From positions 630,001 to 662,000 of the forward strand of contig JANQMZ010000007.1 of the NCBI GenBank assembly GCA_028279805.1: a stretch of DNA of 32,000 nucleotides, in the 5' to 3' direction. The notes beneath the pieces are model-generated. The model made no database searches. It was not told the DNA's origin and worked only from the letters and a program-made list of their open reading frames with translations. Below are positions 1 through 8,551 of this stretch, one piece after another; positions within the stretch are counted from its first letter, which is position 1, and every line of letters starts with the position of its first letter. Source of the stretch: an archaeon (GTDB taxonomy: Archaea > Iainarchaeota > Iainarchaeia > Iainarchaeales > JANQMZ01). The translations under genes and the position numbers were made by a program.

Positions 1-1
1 A

Positions 2-379
2 AAAGTTTCTGCTTTGGGAAATCTTTTGGCTTTAAATCAGAACGGAGGAATTGCATCCGAATTAATTTCAAAAGAAACCGTTAAGGAACTGGAAAACTTT
101 TTTAATATTAAAATTTTAAGAAAAAATATTGCTCAGAATGAATTGAACGGCTCTTCAATTGTTTCAACTTCAAAAGGTTTTGTTGTTAATCCTCTTGCAT
201 CAGAAAAAGAGTTAAAATTATTAAAAAAAACATTTAAAGTTGAAGGGAATACAGCGACATCAAATTATGGTGACAAATTTGTTTCCAATGGGGTGTTAGC
301 AAACAAAAATGCAGCACTTATCGGCTCTTTAACTTCAAACATTGAGCTTGGAAAAATTGATGAAGGTTTAAGCGGGTGA
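2..379 (+). CDS. eif6: Translation initiation factor aIF6 (5'-truncated by window start)
   Basis: Frame is open to base 2 (KVSALGNLLALNQNGG...). The GSSIVSTSKGFVVNP and GDKFVSNGVLANKNAALIG segments match the repeated aIF6 fold signature. Confidence 0.93.
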   Translation, partial: KVSALGNLLALNQNGGIASELISKETVKELENFFNIKILRKNIAQNELNGSSIVSTSKGFVVNPLASEKELKLLKKTFKVEGNTATSNYGDKFVSNGVLANKNAALIGSLTSNIELGKIDEGLSG

Positions 380-384
380 AAATT

Positions 385-690
385 TTGAAAAAAAAATTGT
401 TTGAAATAACCGGAAAATATAATCAGAAAAATACACAGTTTCCTTTTACCAGAACCGTTGAAGCTTTTAATGAAAAACATGCAATTGAAACAGTGTTAAG
501 CTTGTTTGGCTCAGAGCATAAAACCAAAAGAAGAAATATTGAAATAAATGAAGTGAAACCAGCTTCATCAGAATCCAAAAATGAAAAACCTATAACGGAA
601 AAAATTGAAGAAAAAATACAAAAACCGGTAAAAACTCAAAAAAAAGACGAAAAAGAGGAGAAAAAAGCTGAAAAAGAAAGTAAGGAATAA
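385..690 (+). CDS. rpl20a: Ribosomal protein L20a/LX (eL20) with a long charged C-terminal tail
   Basis: N-terminal (M)KKKLFEITGKYNQ...FPFTRTVEAFNEKHAIETVLSLFGSEHKTKRRNIEI resembles LX. It lies in the conserved order aIF6-LX-pfdA-ftsY. TTG start at 385 is preceded by GGTGA. Confidence 0.82.
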   Translation: MKKKLFEITGKYNQKNTQFPFTRTVEAFNEKHAIETVLSLFGSEHKTKRRNIEINEVKPASSESKNEKPITEKIEEKIQKPVKTQKKDEKEEKKAEKESKE

Positions 691-728
691 ATACTTTTTT
701 TTGTTTAAAATTTTGAAGGTGTTTTTTT

Positions 729-1193
729 ATGGCGGAAGAAGTTGAAAAAATTTCCCCTGAACAGTTGGGGCCATTGTATCAGAGGCAGAGAGAATTGCTT
801 GAACAGTCAAGAGCCCAAAAACAGTCTCTTCAGGATGTTTTAATTGAATTTAATTCTGCGATTGATGCTTTGAATGAGTTAAAAAAAGCAGGAAAAAATG
901 ATAAAATAATGTTAAGCCTGGGAGGCGGAGTTTATATTGAGGCAGTTGTTTCTGATGTTCAGAAAGTAAAAGGCAATATTGGCGGCGGTGTAATTCAAAG
1001 CATTTCCGTTGACAAAGTTTTGCTTGAACTGGAGAAAAGAAAAAATGAAACAATTAAAAGCCTTGAACTTAATGCCAAAGATGAAGCAAAACTTTTGGAA
1101 AGCATTGCGTCAATTGAACTTGCTTTGAATGCATTGCAGAGAGCAAATGCTCAAAAGCAGGGAAATGAAACTGGAACTCCAACTGTTTCTTAA
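729..1193 (+). CDS. pfdA: Prefoldin subunit alpha
   Basis: Coiled-coil/beta-hairpin/coiled-coil layout, LGGGVYIEAVV motif, gene order, and SD GGTG upstream of the ATG. Confidence 0.88.
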   Translation: MAEEVEKISPEQLGPLYQRQRELLEQSRAQKQSLQDVLIEFNSAIDALNELKKAGKNDKIMLSLGGGVYIEAVVSDVQKVKGNIGGGVIQSISVDKVLLELEKRKNETIKSLELNAKDEAKLLESIASIELALNALQRANAQKQGNETGTPTVS

Positions 1194-1205
1194 GCGCTGA
1201 TTTAA

Positions 1206-2177
1206 ATGTTTGACTTGTTAAAAAACAAGCTGTCTTCTTTTGGTAAAAAAATAATAAAATCAACTGAAGAAAATGAGAAAAGAACTTTATCCCCCGATAT
1301 TTCAGTTTCTTCAAAAGCAAAATCTTTAATTACCGGTGAAATTGAAATAAAGGAAAAAGATATTGAAGATTTGCTGTTTGAATTTGAATTGTTGTTACTG
1401 GAGGCAGACGTTAATGAGGAAACAACAAAAAAACTTGTTCAAAAAATTTCAGAAAAAATTGTGGGAAAAAAATTTGCAAGAAAAAATTTAAAAGAAACTA
1501 TTAATAAAGAAATCAAATCCGCGTTAAAAGAATTAATTCAGCTTGAACCAATCAACTTGTTAAAAGAAATTAATTCAAAAAAAGAAAAACCCTTCAAAAT
1601 ACTCTTTTTAGGGCCAAATGGTGCAGGAAAAACAACAAGCATTGCAAAGCTTGCGAATCATTTGCAGAAACAAAAACTCAAAATAATTTTATCAGCTTCA
1701 GATACATTCAGGGCAGCGTCAATTGAACAGCTTGAAAAACATTCTCAAAATTTAAATTTAAGATTGATAAAACACAAATACGGTTCTGATCCGAGTGCTG
1801 TTGCTTTTGACGCAATTGAATCAGCAAAAGCTTCAAAAACGGATATTGTTCTGATTGATTCTGCGGGGAGGCAGGAAACCAACAAAAATTTAATGGAAGA
1901 ATTAAAAAAAATGCACCGCGTAATAAAACCTGATTTGACCTTATTTGTCGGTGAATCCCTTTCAGGAAAAACTTTGCTGGAACAGGCAAAACAGTTTAAT
2001 GAAGCGGGAACAATTAACGGTTTTATTTTAACAAAAATTGACACTGACACAAAAGGCGGCACAATCATTTCCCTTTTAAGTGAATTAAAAAAACCCATTT
2101 TGTTTGTCGGCACAGGCCAAGAATATAAAGATTTTCAAAAATTTGATGAAAACTTTTTAATTGAAAGAATTTTTTAA
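1206..2177 (+). CDS. ftsY: Signal recognition particle receptor FtsY
   Basis: GPNGAGKTTSIAKLA, DTFRAASIEQL, DSAGRQETN and TKIDTDTKGG (NG-domain GTPase). Confidence 0.96.
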   Translation: MFDLLKNKLSSFGKKIIKSTEENEKRTLSPDISVSSKAKSLITGEIEIKEKDIEDLLFEFELLLLEADVNEETTKKLVQKISEKIVGKKFARKNLKETINKEIKSALKELIQLEPINLLKEINSKKEKPFKILFLGPNGAGKTTSIAKLANHLQKQKLKIILSASDTFRAASIEQLEKHSQNLNLRLIKHKYGSDPSAVAFDAIESAKASKTDIVLIDSAGRQETNKNLMEELKKMHRVIKPDLTLFVGESLSGKTLLEQAKQFNEAGTINGFILTKIDTDTKGGTIISLLSELKKPILFVGTGQEYKDFQKFDENFLIERIF

Positions 2178-2224
2178 CCAAATGTTTTTATTCAATCAAA
2201 ATAATTTTATTTCAGGTGTTTTGT

Positions 2225-2668
2225 TTGTTGCGGCATAAAGGAATAATAATAAGGGAAAAAAAGGGACAAGAACATCCTCATGTTAAAATTCCTGAAAACC
2301 ATCCTCTTGCTAAAAAACTTTTAAGCCTTTCAGATATCCGGGCTGAACCAAATTCTTCTTTAAAACAAGGGGACATTGTGGGAATCAGGACGCTTGAAAA
2401 CAGCACTATTGCCAGCATTCAAAAAGAACGGAATCTGCCTTACAACGAACAGCATTTTAATTCCGGCTCCCATATTTCCACTACAAAATTTTTGGGAATT
2501 TATCTGGGCAATGGCGTAGCTTTAGTAACCCATGAGCTTAGAAATGCAACAGAATTTCATAAACTCAGTGAACCAAGAATAATTTACAGAATTGAAAAAC
2601 CTGAAGAAATTGTTGAAAAAGAAGAAAAACAAAATTTCGGCGGGTTCAGAAGAGTTGAGTTTGTTTAA
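2225..2668 (+). CDS. Conserved-looking hypothetical protein (~147 aa), family not recognised
   Basis: Intact ORF between ftsY and ald. TTG start (2225 or 2228) follows GGTG. Body starts RHKGIIIREKKGQEHPHVKIPENHPLAKKLLSL. Confidence 0.65.
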   Translation: MLRHKGIIIREKKGQEHPHVKIPENHPLAKKLLSLSDIRAEPNSSLKQGDIVGIRTLENSTIASIQKERNLPYNEQHFNSGSHISTTKFLGIYLGNGVALVTHELRNATEFHKLSEPRIIYRIEKPEEIVEKEEKQNFGGFRRVEFV

Positions 2669-2671
2669 AAT

Positions 2672-3775
2672 TCATAAAACTTTTTTTAAATCAGTATATT
2701 TTAAACCAAAAGCTTTTGCAACAGATTCATTTGTTATAAAACTTTTATGCATGTTAACTCCTGAAGCCAAACCCTTATCTTTTTTTACCGCATTCAAATC
2801 ATTTTTTGCCAGTTTTAAAATGTATGGAACAGTTGCATTAGTCAAAGCAATTGTTGATGTTCTCGGATAAGCCCCGGGCATGTTTGCAACCGCATAATGT
2901 TTTACGCCAAATTTTTCATAAACCGGTTTTGCATGTGTTGTTGGCTTAATTGTTTCAACTGACCCGCCCTGGTCAACTGCAACATCTACTATTACAGAAT
3001 TTTTTGGCATCAGTTTAACCATTTTTTTTGAAACAAGTTTTGGAGCTTTTGCTCCCGGCACCAAAACAGCGCCGATTAACAAGTCCGTATTTTTTAATTC
3101 TTTTTCAATTGCTTTTTTTGATGATTTTTTATATTTTGCTTTTGGAAATTTTTTCTTTAACTGTTTAATTCTTTTGCTGTTAACCTCAAACAATACAACA
3201 TTCGCCCCCAATCCCAAAGAATTTTCCAGTGCAGCTGTTCCGACTATGCCCCCGCCTAAAATTACGGTTTTTGCATTAACTGAATTTTTAACAGGGCTCA
3301 TTAGTGTTCCTCGGCCTCCGTAAGGTTTTGCCAAATAATATGCGCCCATTATTGCTGACATTTTTCCTGCAACTTCACTCATTGGTTTAAGCAAAGGCAG
3401 TTTGCCATTTTTTTCAACTGTTTCATATGCAATGCAGGTTGTTTTTGATTTTTTCATTGCCAAAGTTAATTTTTTTGAAGAAGCAAAATGAAAATATGTG
3501 AACAAAATGTTCTCTTTATTAAAATAAGAGTATTCTTTTGGCATTGGCTCTTTAATTTTGACTATTAACCTGCATTTTTTGCATATTTTTTTAGCATTTT
3601 TAACAATTTTTGCACCGGCTTTCCTGTATTCTTTGTCTGTAAACCCGGAACCCAAACCTGCGTTTTTTTGGACAAAAACACTGTTTCCGGCCTTTTTTAA
3701 CAGTTTTACGCTTTTTGGTGTTAAAGCAACTCTGTTTTCATTGTTTTTAATTTCCTTTAAAACGCCTATTTTCAT
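2672..3775 (-). CDS. ald: Alanine dehydrogenase
   Basis: MKIGVLKEIKNNENRVALTP, PLLKPMSEVAGKMS, VILGGGIVGTAA, VDVAVDQGGSVET and NMPGAYPRTST. Confidence 0.96.
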   Translation of the reverse strand: MKIGVLKEIKNNENRVALTPKSVKLLKKAGNSVFVQKNAGLGSGFTDKEYRKAGAKIVKNAKKICKKCRLIVKIKEPMPKEYSYFNKENILFTYFHFASSKKLTLAMKKSKTTCIAYETVEKNGKLPLLKPMSEVAGKMSAIMGAYYLAKPYGGRGTLMSPVKNSVNAKTVILGGGIVGTAALENSLGLGANVVLFEVNSKRIKQLKKKFPKAKYKKSSKKAIEKELKNTDLLIGAVLVPGAKAPKLVSKKMVKLMPKNSVIVDVAVDQGGSVETIKPTTHAKPVYEKFGVKHYAVANMPGAYPRTSTIALTNATVPYILKLAKNDLNAVKKDKGLASGVNMHKSFITNESVAKAFGLKYTDLKKVL

Positions 3776-3840
3776 TTAAAACCAGCCAAATACAAAAAAA
3801 GCATGAAATTTTTATAAACCCTCTTTGAATCAATTAGTTA

Positions 3841-5196
3841 ATGAGCTTAGGAAAAAGGTTAAGGAATGCGTTAGACAAATTGCAGGGTTCTTCCTCGATT
3901 GATAAAGAAATTGTTAAAGAGGCTGTTAAAGAAATTCAGCGTGCCTTAATTGCATCTGATGTTGAAGTTAATTTGGTTTTAAATTTAAGCAAAAAAATTG
4001 AAGAAAAAGCTTTTGAAAAAATTCCGGCAGGGTTAAGCAGGCAGGAACACGTAATAAAAACAACTTATGAATTGTTATCACAATTGCTGGGAAAACAGGA
4101 TTCAGATTTTAAGGAACCAAAAAAAGTTTTACTGGTTGGCTTATTTGGTTCGGGCAAAACCACTAGTTCTGCTAAAATTGCAAAATGGTTTTCAAAAAGA
4201 GGAAAAAAAACAGCTTTAATTGCAGCTGACACTCACAGGCCGGCATCATTTGAACAGTTGCAACAATTATCAAAAAAAGTTAATGTTGATTTTTTTGGAA
4301 ATCCAAAAGAAAAAAACCCTGAAAAAATTGTTGAAACCGGTTTAAAAAAATTTAAAAACAAGGATTTGATTATTGTTGATTCAGCGGGACGAAGCGCGTT
4401 AGATGAAAATTTAACAAAAGAAATTGTTAAAGTAAAAAAAACTTTTAAGCCGGATGCAATCTGGCTGGTTTTGTCTGCAGACATCGGGCAGGTTGCAAAA
4501 AAACAGGCACAGCATTTTAACAAAGCGTTAGGAATTACAGGAATAATTATTACAAAAATGGACGGTTCCTCAAAAGGCGGCGGAGCATTGGCTGCCTGTG
4601 CTGAAACATCTTCCCCTGTATTATTTATCGGAACGGGTGAAAAGCCTGATGATTTTGAACAGTTTGACAATGAACGTTTTTTGTCAAGAATAATGGGTTA
4701 TGGTGATCTGCAGTCATTGTTGGAAAAAGCAAAAACGGTTTCATTGGAATCTGATTTGTCTCCTGAACAAATGCTGCAGCAGGATTTTACTTTAAAATCT
4801 TTTTACCAGCAACTGGAAGCATCCAAAAAAATAGGCCCATTGGACAAAGTGGCGGACATGCTTGGTTTAAAGATGCAGTTGCCGCAGGAACAGCTTGATT
4901 TGGGGCAGGAAAAACTGGACAATTTTAAGGTTATGATGGATTCAATGACAAAACAGGAACAATTGCAGCCTGATGTAATGAATTCTTCCAGAATTAATCG
5001 CATTGCAAAAGGCTCCGGCAGAACAGAGCAGGATGTCAGGGAACTGCTAAAAAGTTTTAAGCAGAGCAAAAAAATGTTTGACCAGTTTAAAAAAATGCAG
5101 TCCTCCTTTAACCCTGAAAAAATGTCTCAAAAAGATGTTGAAAATTTGATGAAAAAGTTTCAGCCAAAAAAGAAAAAAAAATTCAGGTTAAGATAA
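3841..5196 (+). CDS. srp54: Signal recognition particle 54 kDa protein SRP54/Ffh
   Basis: GLFGSGKTTSSAKIAKW, ADTHRPASFEQL, DSAGR and TKMDGSSKGGGAL, plus a C-terminal M domain. TTTATA box ~30 nt upstream of the ATG. Confidence 0.97.
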   Translation: MSLGKRLRNALDKLQGSSSIDKEIVKEAVKEIQRALIASDVEVNLVLNLSKKIEEKAFEKIPAGLSRQEHVIKTTYELLSQLLGKQDSDFKEPKKVLLVGLFGSGKTTSSAKIAKWFSKRGKKTALIAADTHRPASFEQLQQLSKKVNVDFFGNPKEKNPEKIVETGLKKFKNKDLIIVDSAGRSALDENLTKEIVKVKKTFKPDAIWLVLSADIGQVAKKQAQHFNKALGITGIIITKMDGSSKGGGALAACAETSSPVLFIGTGEKPDDFEQFDNERFLSRIMGYGDLQSLLEKAKTVSLESDLSPEQMLQQDFTLKSFYQQLEASKKIGPLDKVADMLGLKMQLPQEQLDLGQEKLDNFKVMMDSMTKQEQLQPDVMNSSRINRIAKGSGRTEQDVRELLKSFKQSKKMFDQFKKMQSSFNPEKMSQKDVENLMKKFQPKKKKKFRLR

Positions 5197-5197
5197 A

Positions 5198-6007
5198 ATG
5201 GAATTTTTGTTATTAAGGCAAAGCTTAATTGTTGTAAGCTTGTTAATTGCAAGTTACACTGATATTAAAACAGGTTTAATTCCTGATAAAATTACTTTGC
5301 CTTTAATTTTTTTTGGAATTGTTTTGAATTTGTTTTCTTTTAAAATTGAAAATTTTTTAATTCCTGCCGGAGTTTTTTTGATTTTGGCTTTTTTTTATTA
5401 TATTGGAAAGCTTGGGGGAGGCGATGTAAAACTTTTAACGGGAATTTCAATGGTTTTGCCTTTTTATTCTAATCAGATTTTTGTTCTGCCTTTGATTTTT
5501 TTTGCTTCATTGTTTTCAGTTTTGTTTTTTTCAGCTTTTTATGTTTCAAAATATATACGTAAAGGAATTGATTTTGAGGAAAACAGGCAGGATATAAAAA
5601 AAGCAACAATTTTAGGATTTTTTTTAATAATTTTTTTCTTTTTGTCTTTTTCAAATAATTTTATTCAGCCAGAAATTCTTTTGCTTTTGATTGTTCCGTT
5701 AATTTTAAGCCTGTTTTTTTTGGCTTTTCAGAAAGGAATCCGAAAAAATTTCTTCATTGAACATGTTTCTTTAAATAAGCTGGATGAAGATGAAATGATT
5801 GCTTTTGATGCTTTAAACCCTGTTTTAAGAAAAAAACTTGATTTTGGCTTTAAAGGTGTTCTGGGAGAAAAAGAAATAAGCCGGTTAAAAAAATTAAAAG
5901 TAAAAAAAGTGCCTGTTGTACGAGGGTTTGCTCCTTTTGCCCCTTTTATTTTTTTGGGGGCCATAACCTCTTTTTATTTTTCACATTTTTTTTCTTTTTT
6001 GTTTTAA
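5198..6007 (+). CDS. A24-family prepilin/preflagellin peptidase (multi-pass membrane)
   Basis: ASYTDIKTGLIPDKIT and GKLGGGDVKLL (paired catalytic Asp motifs) with multiple hydrophobic segments. Confidence 0.88.
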   Translation: MEFLLLRQSLIVVSLLIASYTDIKTGLIPDKITLPLIFFGIVLNLFSFKIENFLIPAGVFLILAFFYYIGKLGGGDVKLLTGISMVLPFYSNQIFVLPLIFFASLFSVLFFSAFYVSKYIRKGIDFEENRQDIKKATILGFFLIIFFFLSFSNNFIQPEILLLLIVPLILSLFFLAFQKGIRKNFFIEHVSLNKLDEDEMIAFDALNPVLRKKLDFGFKGVLGEKEISRLKKLKVKKVPVVRGFAPFAPFIFLGAITSFYFSHFFSFLF

Positions 6008-6289
6008 TCCTATTTTTTTAACCGTGTTGCATTCCAGGCACATTACTTTTAACATTGTTTTTTGAATTCTTTTTTTGGAATTTTTTGAATCCAGATAGGA
6101 ATGACAGTTTTTACAAAAACTTTTTTTTAATTCTTGGGGAATTCTAACCCTGTTTCTTTTTCCGATTTTTAAAGCTAAGCCAACATATTTTTTACTTCTT
6201 TTTTTGTCTTTTTTTGCCAATTTAAACAGAACATAAATTCTGTCCAACGCTATTCCCTGAATAAATTCTTTTTTTTTCATTATAATCAT
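5981..6289 (-). CDS. rnp4: Ribonuclease P protein component 4 (Rpp21/Rpr2 family)
   Basis: N-terminal helices (IALDRIYVLFKLAKK), then YVGLALKIGKRNRVRIPQELKKSFCKNC...MCLECN (two CxxC). Confidence 0.88.
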   Translation of the reverse strand: MIIMKKKEFIQGIALDRIYVLFKLAKKDKKRSKKYVGLALKIGKRNRVRIPQELKKSFCKNCHSYLDSKNSKKRIQKTMLKVMCLECNTVKKIGLKQKRKKM

Positions 6290-6305
6290 TTTAACTCCAA
6301 AACTA

Positions 6306-6311
6306 TTTATA
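6306..6311 (+). promoter_or_regulatory. Putative TATA box (TTTATA) of a leaderless transcript
   Basis: TTTATATTGGTTTAAA begins exactly 28 nt upstream of the ATG at 6334. No SD is visible. The same block occurs at 7597. Confidence 0.6.
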
Positions 6312-6333
6312 TTGGTTTAAATTTTGTTTTATA

Positions 6334-6687
6334 ATGCCGAACAGAAACAGGAATATTGGAAGACGAAAGCGAAGAAAAAGAAAAAGGGGGCGAGAAGGAA
6401 GACAAAGGAGAGTTCAGGGAGATTTGACAAGAAGCCAGAGAACTGAGGGAAGGGAACAAGGCCCTGGAAGAGTTCAAGCAGGAAAGCCTTTGATAATAAT
6501 GAAACTTACCAATTTGTTTTCCGGAAGAGTTTCAAATCAAACAATGAAAGAAATCAATGATAAGGTTAACTCGGGTGCAGGGCATCAGGCCATTTTAAAT
6601 ATTATTAAAAACCCGGAACTTGGTTTTTCAGAAAAAGACATTGAACTTTTTTCCGGGCGTATTATGCAAATTTTCAGACCTCAATGA
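6334..6687 (+). CDS. Small Arg-rich protein, paralogue of 7625..7945
   Basis: Basic N-terminus (NIGRRKRRKRKRGREGRQRR) and C-terminal VSNQ...VNSGAGHQAILNIIKNPELGFSEKDIELFSGRIMQIFR shared with the second copy. Confidence 0.75.
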   Translation: MPNRNRNIGRRKRRKRKRGREGRQRRVQGDLTRSQRTEGREQGPGRVQAGKPLIIMKLTNLFSGRVSNQTMKEINDKVNSGAGHQAILNIIKNPELGFSEKDIELFSGRIMQIFRPQ

Positions 6688-6713
6688 TAACGGCATTCTA
6701 ACACTATAAAACT

Positions 6714-7193
6714 TTATTTAATAGCATTCAAATCTATGTGGCAATAACCCCGCTTGTTTTTTTCAAGATAATCCTGATGATATTCTTCAGCTTCATAAAA
6801 ATCAGCTGCTTTTTTTATTTGAGTCATTATTTTTTCCTTGTATTTTTTTTGTTCTTTTTCTTTTGATTTTATTGCAGCTTTTTTTTGTTCTTCACTATGG
6901 TAAAATATTACTGCCCTGTACTGACTGCCTCGATCATTGCCTTGCCTGTCAAAACTGGTTGGTTCATGAATCTGCCAAAACACTTCAAGTAATCTTTCAT
7001 AAGACACTTTTTCTGGATTGTATTCAATTAAAACAGATTCAGCATGCCCTGTTAAACCAGTGCAAACCTCTTTATACGCAGGATTTTTTGTTTTTCCGCC
7101 CGCATATCCAACAGTGGTTGTTTCTATTTCTTTTATTTTTTTAAACGCGGCTTCAACACCCCAAAAACATCCTGCTGCAAAAGTAGCTTTCAT
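6714..7193 (-). CDS. msrA: Peptide methionine sulfoxide reductase MsrA
   Basis: [38 protein letters not shown] and [17 protein letters not shown]. Confidence 0.97.
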   Translation of the reverse strand: MKATFAAGCFWGVEAAFKKIKEIETTTVGYAGGKTKNPAYKEVCTGLTGHAESVLIEYNPEKVSYERLLEVFWQIHEPTSFDRQGNDRGSQYRAVIFYHSEEQKKAAIKSKEKEQKKYKEKIMTQIKKAADFYEAEEYHQDYLEKNKRGYCHIDLNAIK

Positions 7194-7570
7194 TTTTTTC
7201 CCTCAAAATCAATTGCTATTGAATTTATGCAAAACCTTTTTCCTGTTGGCTTTGGCCCGTCATCAAAAACATGCCCCAAATGCCCGCCGCATTTTTTGCA
7301 AACAACTTCAATTCTAATCATAAAATGACTTAAATCTTTTTTTAATTCAACTGCGTTTTTCTTTGCATCATAAAAACTCGGCCATCCGCAGTCAGAGTCA
7401 AATTTTGTTTCAGAATCAAATAATTCGTTTTCACACCCGGCACAAACATATTTTCCTTTTTTGTCAAATTTAACATATTTTCCGCTGAAAGGTTTTTCTG
7501 TTCCTTTTTTTCTCAAAACATGGTATTGTTCTTTGCTGAGAATTTTTTTCCATTCTTTTTCTGTTTTCAT
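7190..7570 (-). CDS. msrB: Peptide methionine sulfoxide reductase MsrB
   Basis: [24 protein letters not shown] and [23 protein letters not shown]. Overlaps the msrA start by ATGA. Confidence 0.97.
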   Translation of the reverse strand: MKTEKEWKKILSKEQYHVLRKKGTEKPFSGKYVKFDKKGKYVCAGCENELFDSETKFDSDCGWPSFYDAKKNAVELKKDLSHFMIRIEVVCKKCGGHLGHVFDDGPKPTGKRFCINSIAIDFEGKK

Positions 7571-7596
7571 TTTAATAATTATTGTTTCTAAAAATA

Positions 7597-7602
7597 TTTA
7601 TA
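7597..7602 (+). promoter_or_regulatory. Putative TATA box (TTTATA) of a leaderless transcript
   Basis: TTTATATTGGTTTAAA starts 28 nt upstream of the second ATG (7625), duplicating the 6306 arrangement. Confidence 0.58.
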
Positions 7603-7624
7603 TTGGTTTAAAGCCTGTTTTATG

Positions 7625-7945
7625 ATGTGTCCAAAGTATAGAAAAAACAAAAAAAGACCAAGGAGAAAAGGACCCAGAACAAGCCAAAATTTTAGAAACA
7701 GGGCTACTGGTGTTTCCCGAAGGCAAAGAAGTCATGTGTTAATACTGGCAAAAATTTCAAAGCTGTTAAAACCTCATGTTTCAAATTCTGATATAATCAT
7801 GACCAGAATCCAAAGAGTTGTTGAATCAGGCGGCGGATCACAAGCAGTTATCCGGATTATTCAAAGCCCGGAAACCAGGCTTTCTAAGGCAGAAATTGTA
7901 AATTTTTCAAATGTAATTAAAGCAATTTTTAGAGATGAAAAATAA
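7625..7945 (+). CDS. Small Arg-rich protein, paralogue of 6334..6687 (ORF track start is 7622; 7625 preferred)
   Basis: Basic N-terminus (CPKYRKNKKRPRRKGPR) and C-terminal VSNSD...VESGGGSQAVIRIIQSPETRLSKAEIVNFSNVIKAIFR. Confidence 0.75.
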   Translation: MCPKYRKNKKRPRRKGPRTSQNFRNRATGVSRRQRSHVLILAKISKLLKPHVSNSDIIMTRIQRVVESGGGSQAVIRIIQSPETRLSKAEIVNFSNVIKAIFRDEK

Positions 7946-7975
7946 TTATTTTTTTTTAATTAACTTTTTTTGTGT

Positions 7976-8533
7976 TCAAAAAATATTTTTGTTTCCGGTT
8001 TTTGCTTTTTCAACAATTGATTTGATTCTTTTAATTCTGGTTTCTTTGAGTTTTCCGCTTAAAATCCATCTGTAAAGCATTTTTTTTGTGGATGGGGGAA
8101 ACTTTTCAAAATTTTTTTCCGCTTTTTTGTTTTTGTTTAAAGCTTTTTTTAATTCAATTGGCATGTTTGGATTTTTTGGAATCTCCGAATCAAGTGTGGG
8201 TCGTTTTAATCCTTCTTTGTAAAATTTTAAACCAACCGGCGTTAACTTTTTTTGTTTTAACAATTCTTTTGCATATCCTAATGTATTGTCACTCCATTTG
8301 CTGTTTTTGTTTCTTTTGGAAAAAGTTCTGATGTATTTGTTTTCATCCAGTCTTTTTATTGTGGTATCAATCCAGCCAAAACAAATAGCCTCCTCCATTA
8401 ATTCTCTGTGTGATGGCGCGGGTTTTCCGGTGTGTTTTTTGTATAAAATAACTGCAACTTTGTTTTCCTTTTCATGATTTTGTTTCAACCATTTTCTAAA
8501 ATCGTTCCTGTTTAATGCAATTATTTGTTTCAT
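7976..8533 (-). CDS. YdeI/OmpD-associated-like family protein
   Basis: FRKWLKQNHEKENKVAVILYKKHTGKP...ELMEEAICFGWIDTTIKRLDENKYIRTFSKRNKNSKWS is the characteristic N-terminal block. Confidence 0.88.
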   Translation of the reverse strand: MKQIIALNRNDFRKWLKQNHEKENKVAVILYKKHTGKPAPSHRELMEEAICFGWIDTTIKRLDENKYIRTFSKRNKNSKWSDNTLGYAKELLKQKKLTPVGLKFYKEGLKRPTLDSEIPKNPNMPIELKKALNKNKKAEKNFEKFPPSTKKMLYRWILSGKLKETRIKRIKSIVEKAKTGNKNIF

Positions 8534-8551
8534 TTTAATATCAGCTTAAGT

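Noticed and set aside
1708-2113. Minus-strand ORFs 1708..1989 and 1745..2113
   Set aside because: Antisense to the well-supported ftsY GTPase domain.
2592-3779. + strand ORFs 2592..2870 and 3558..3779
   Set aside because: 2592..2870 straddles the end of the upstream gene and is antisense to ald; 3558..3779 is antisense to the ald N-terminus. No independent start signal or family match.
4233-5069. Minus-strand ORFs 4233..4670 and 4803..5069
   Set aside because: Antisense shadows of srp54.
6334-8533. Toxin-antitoxin or defence island
   Set aside because: Small basic ORFs beside msr genes raised the idea, but no toxin, nuclease or antitoxin motif is visible.
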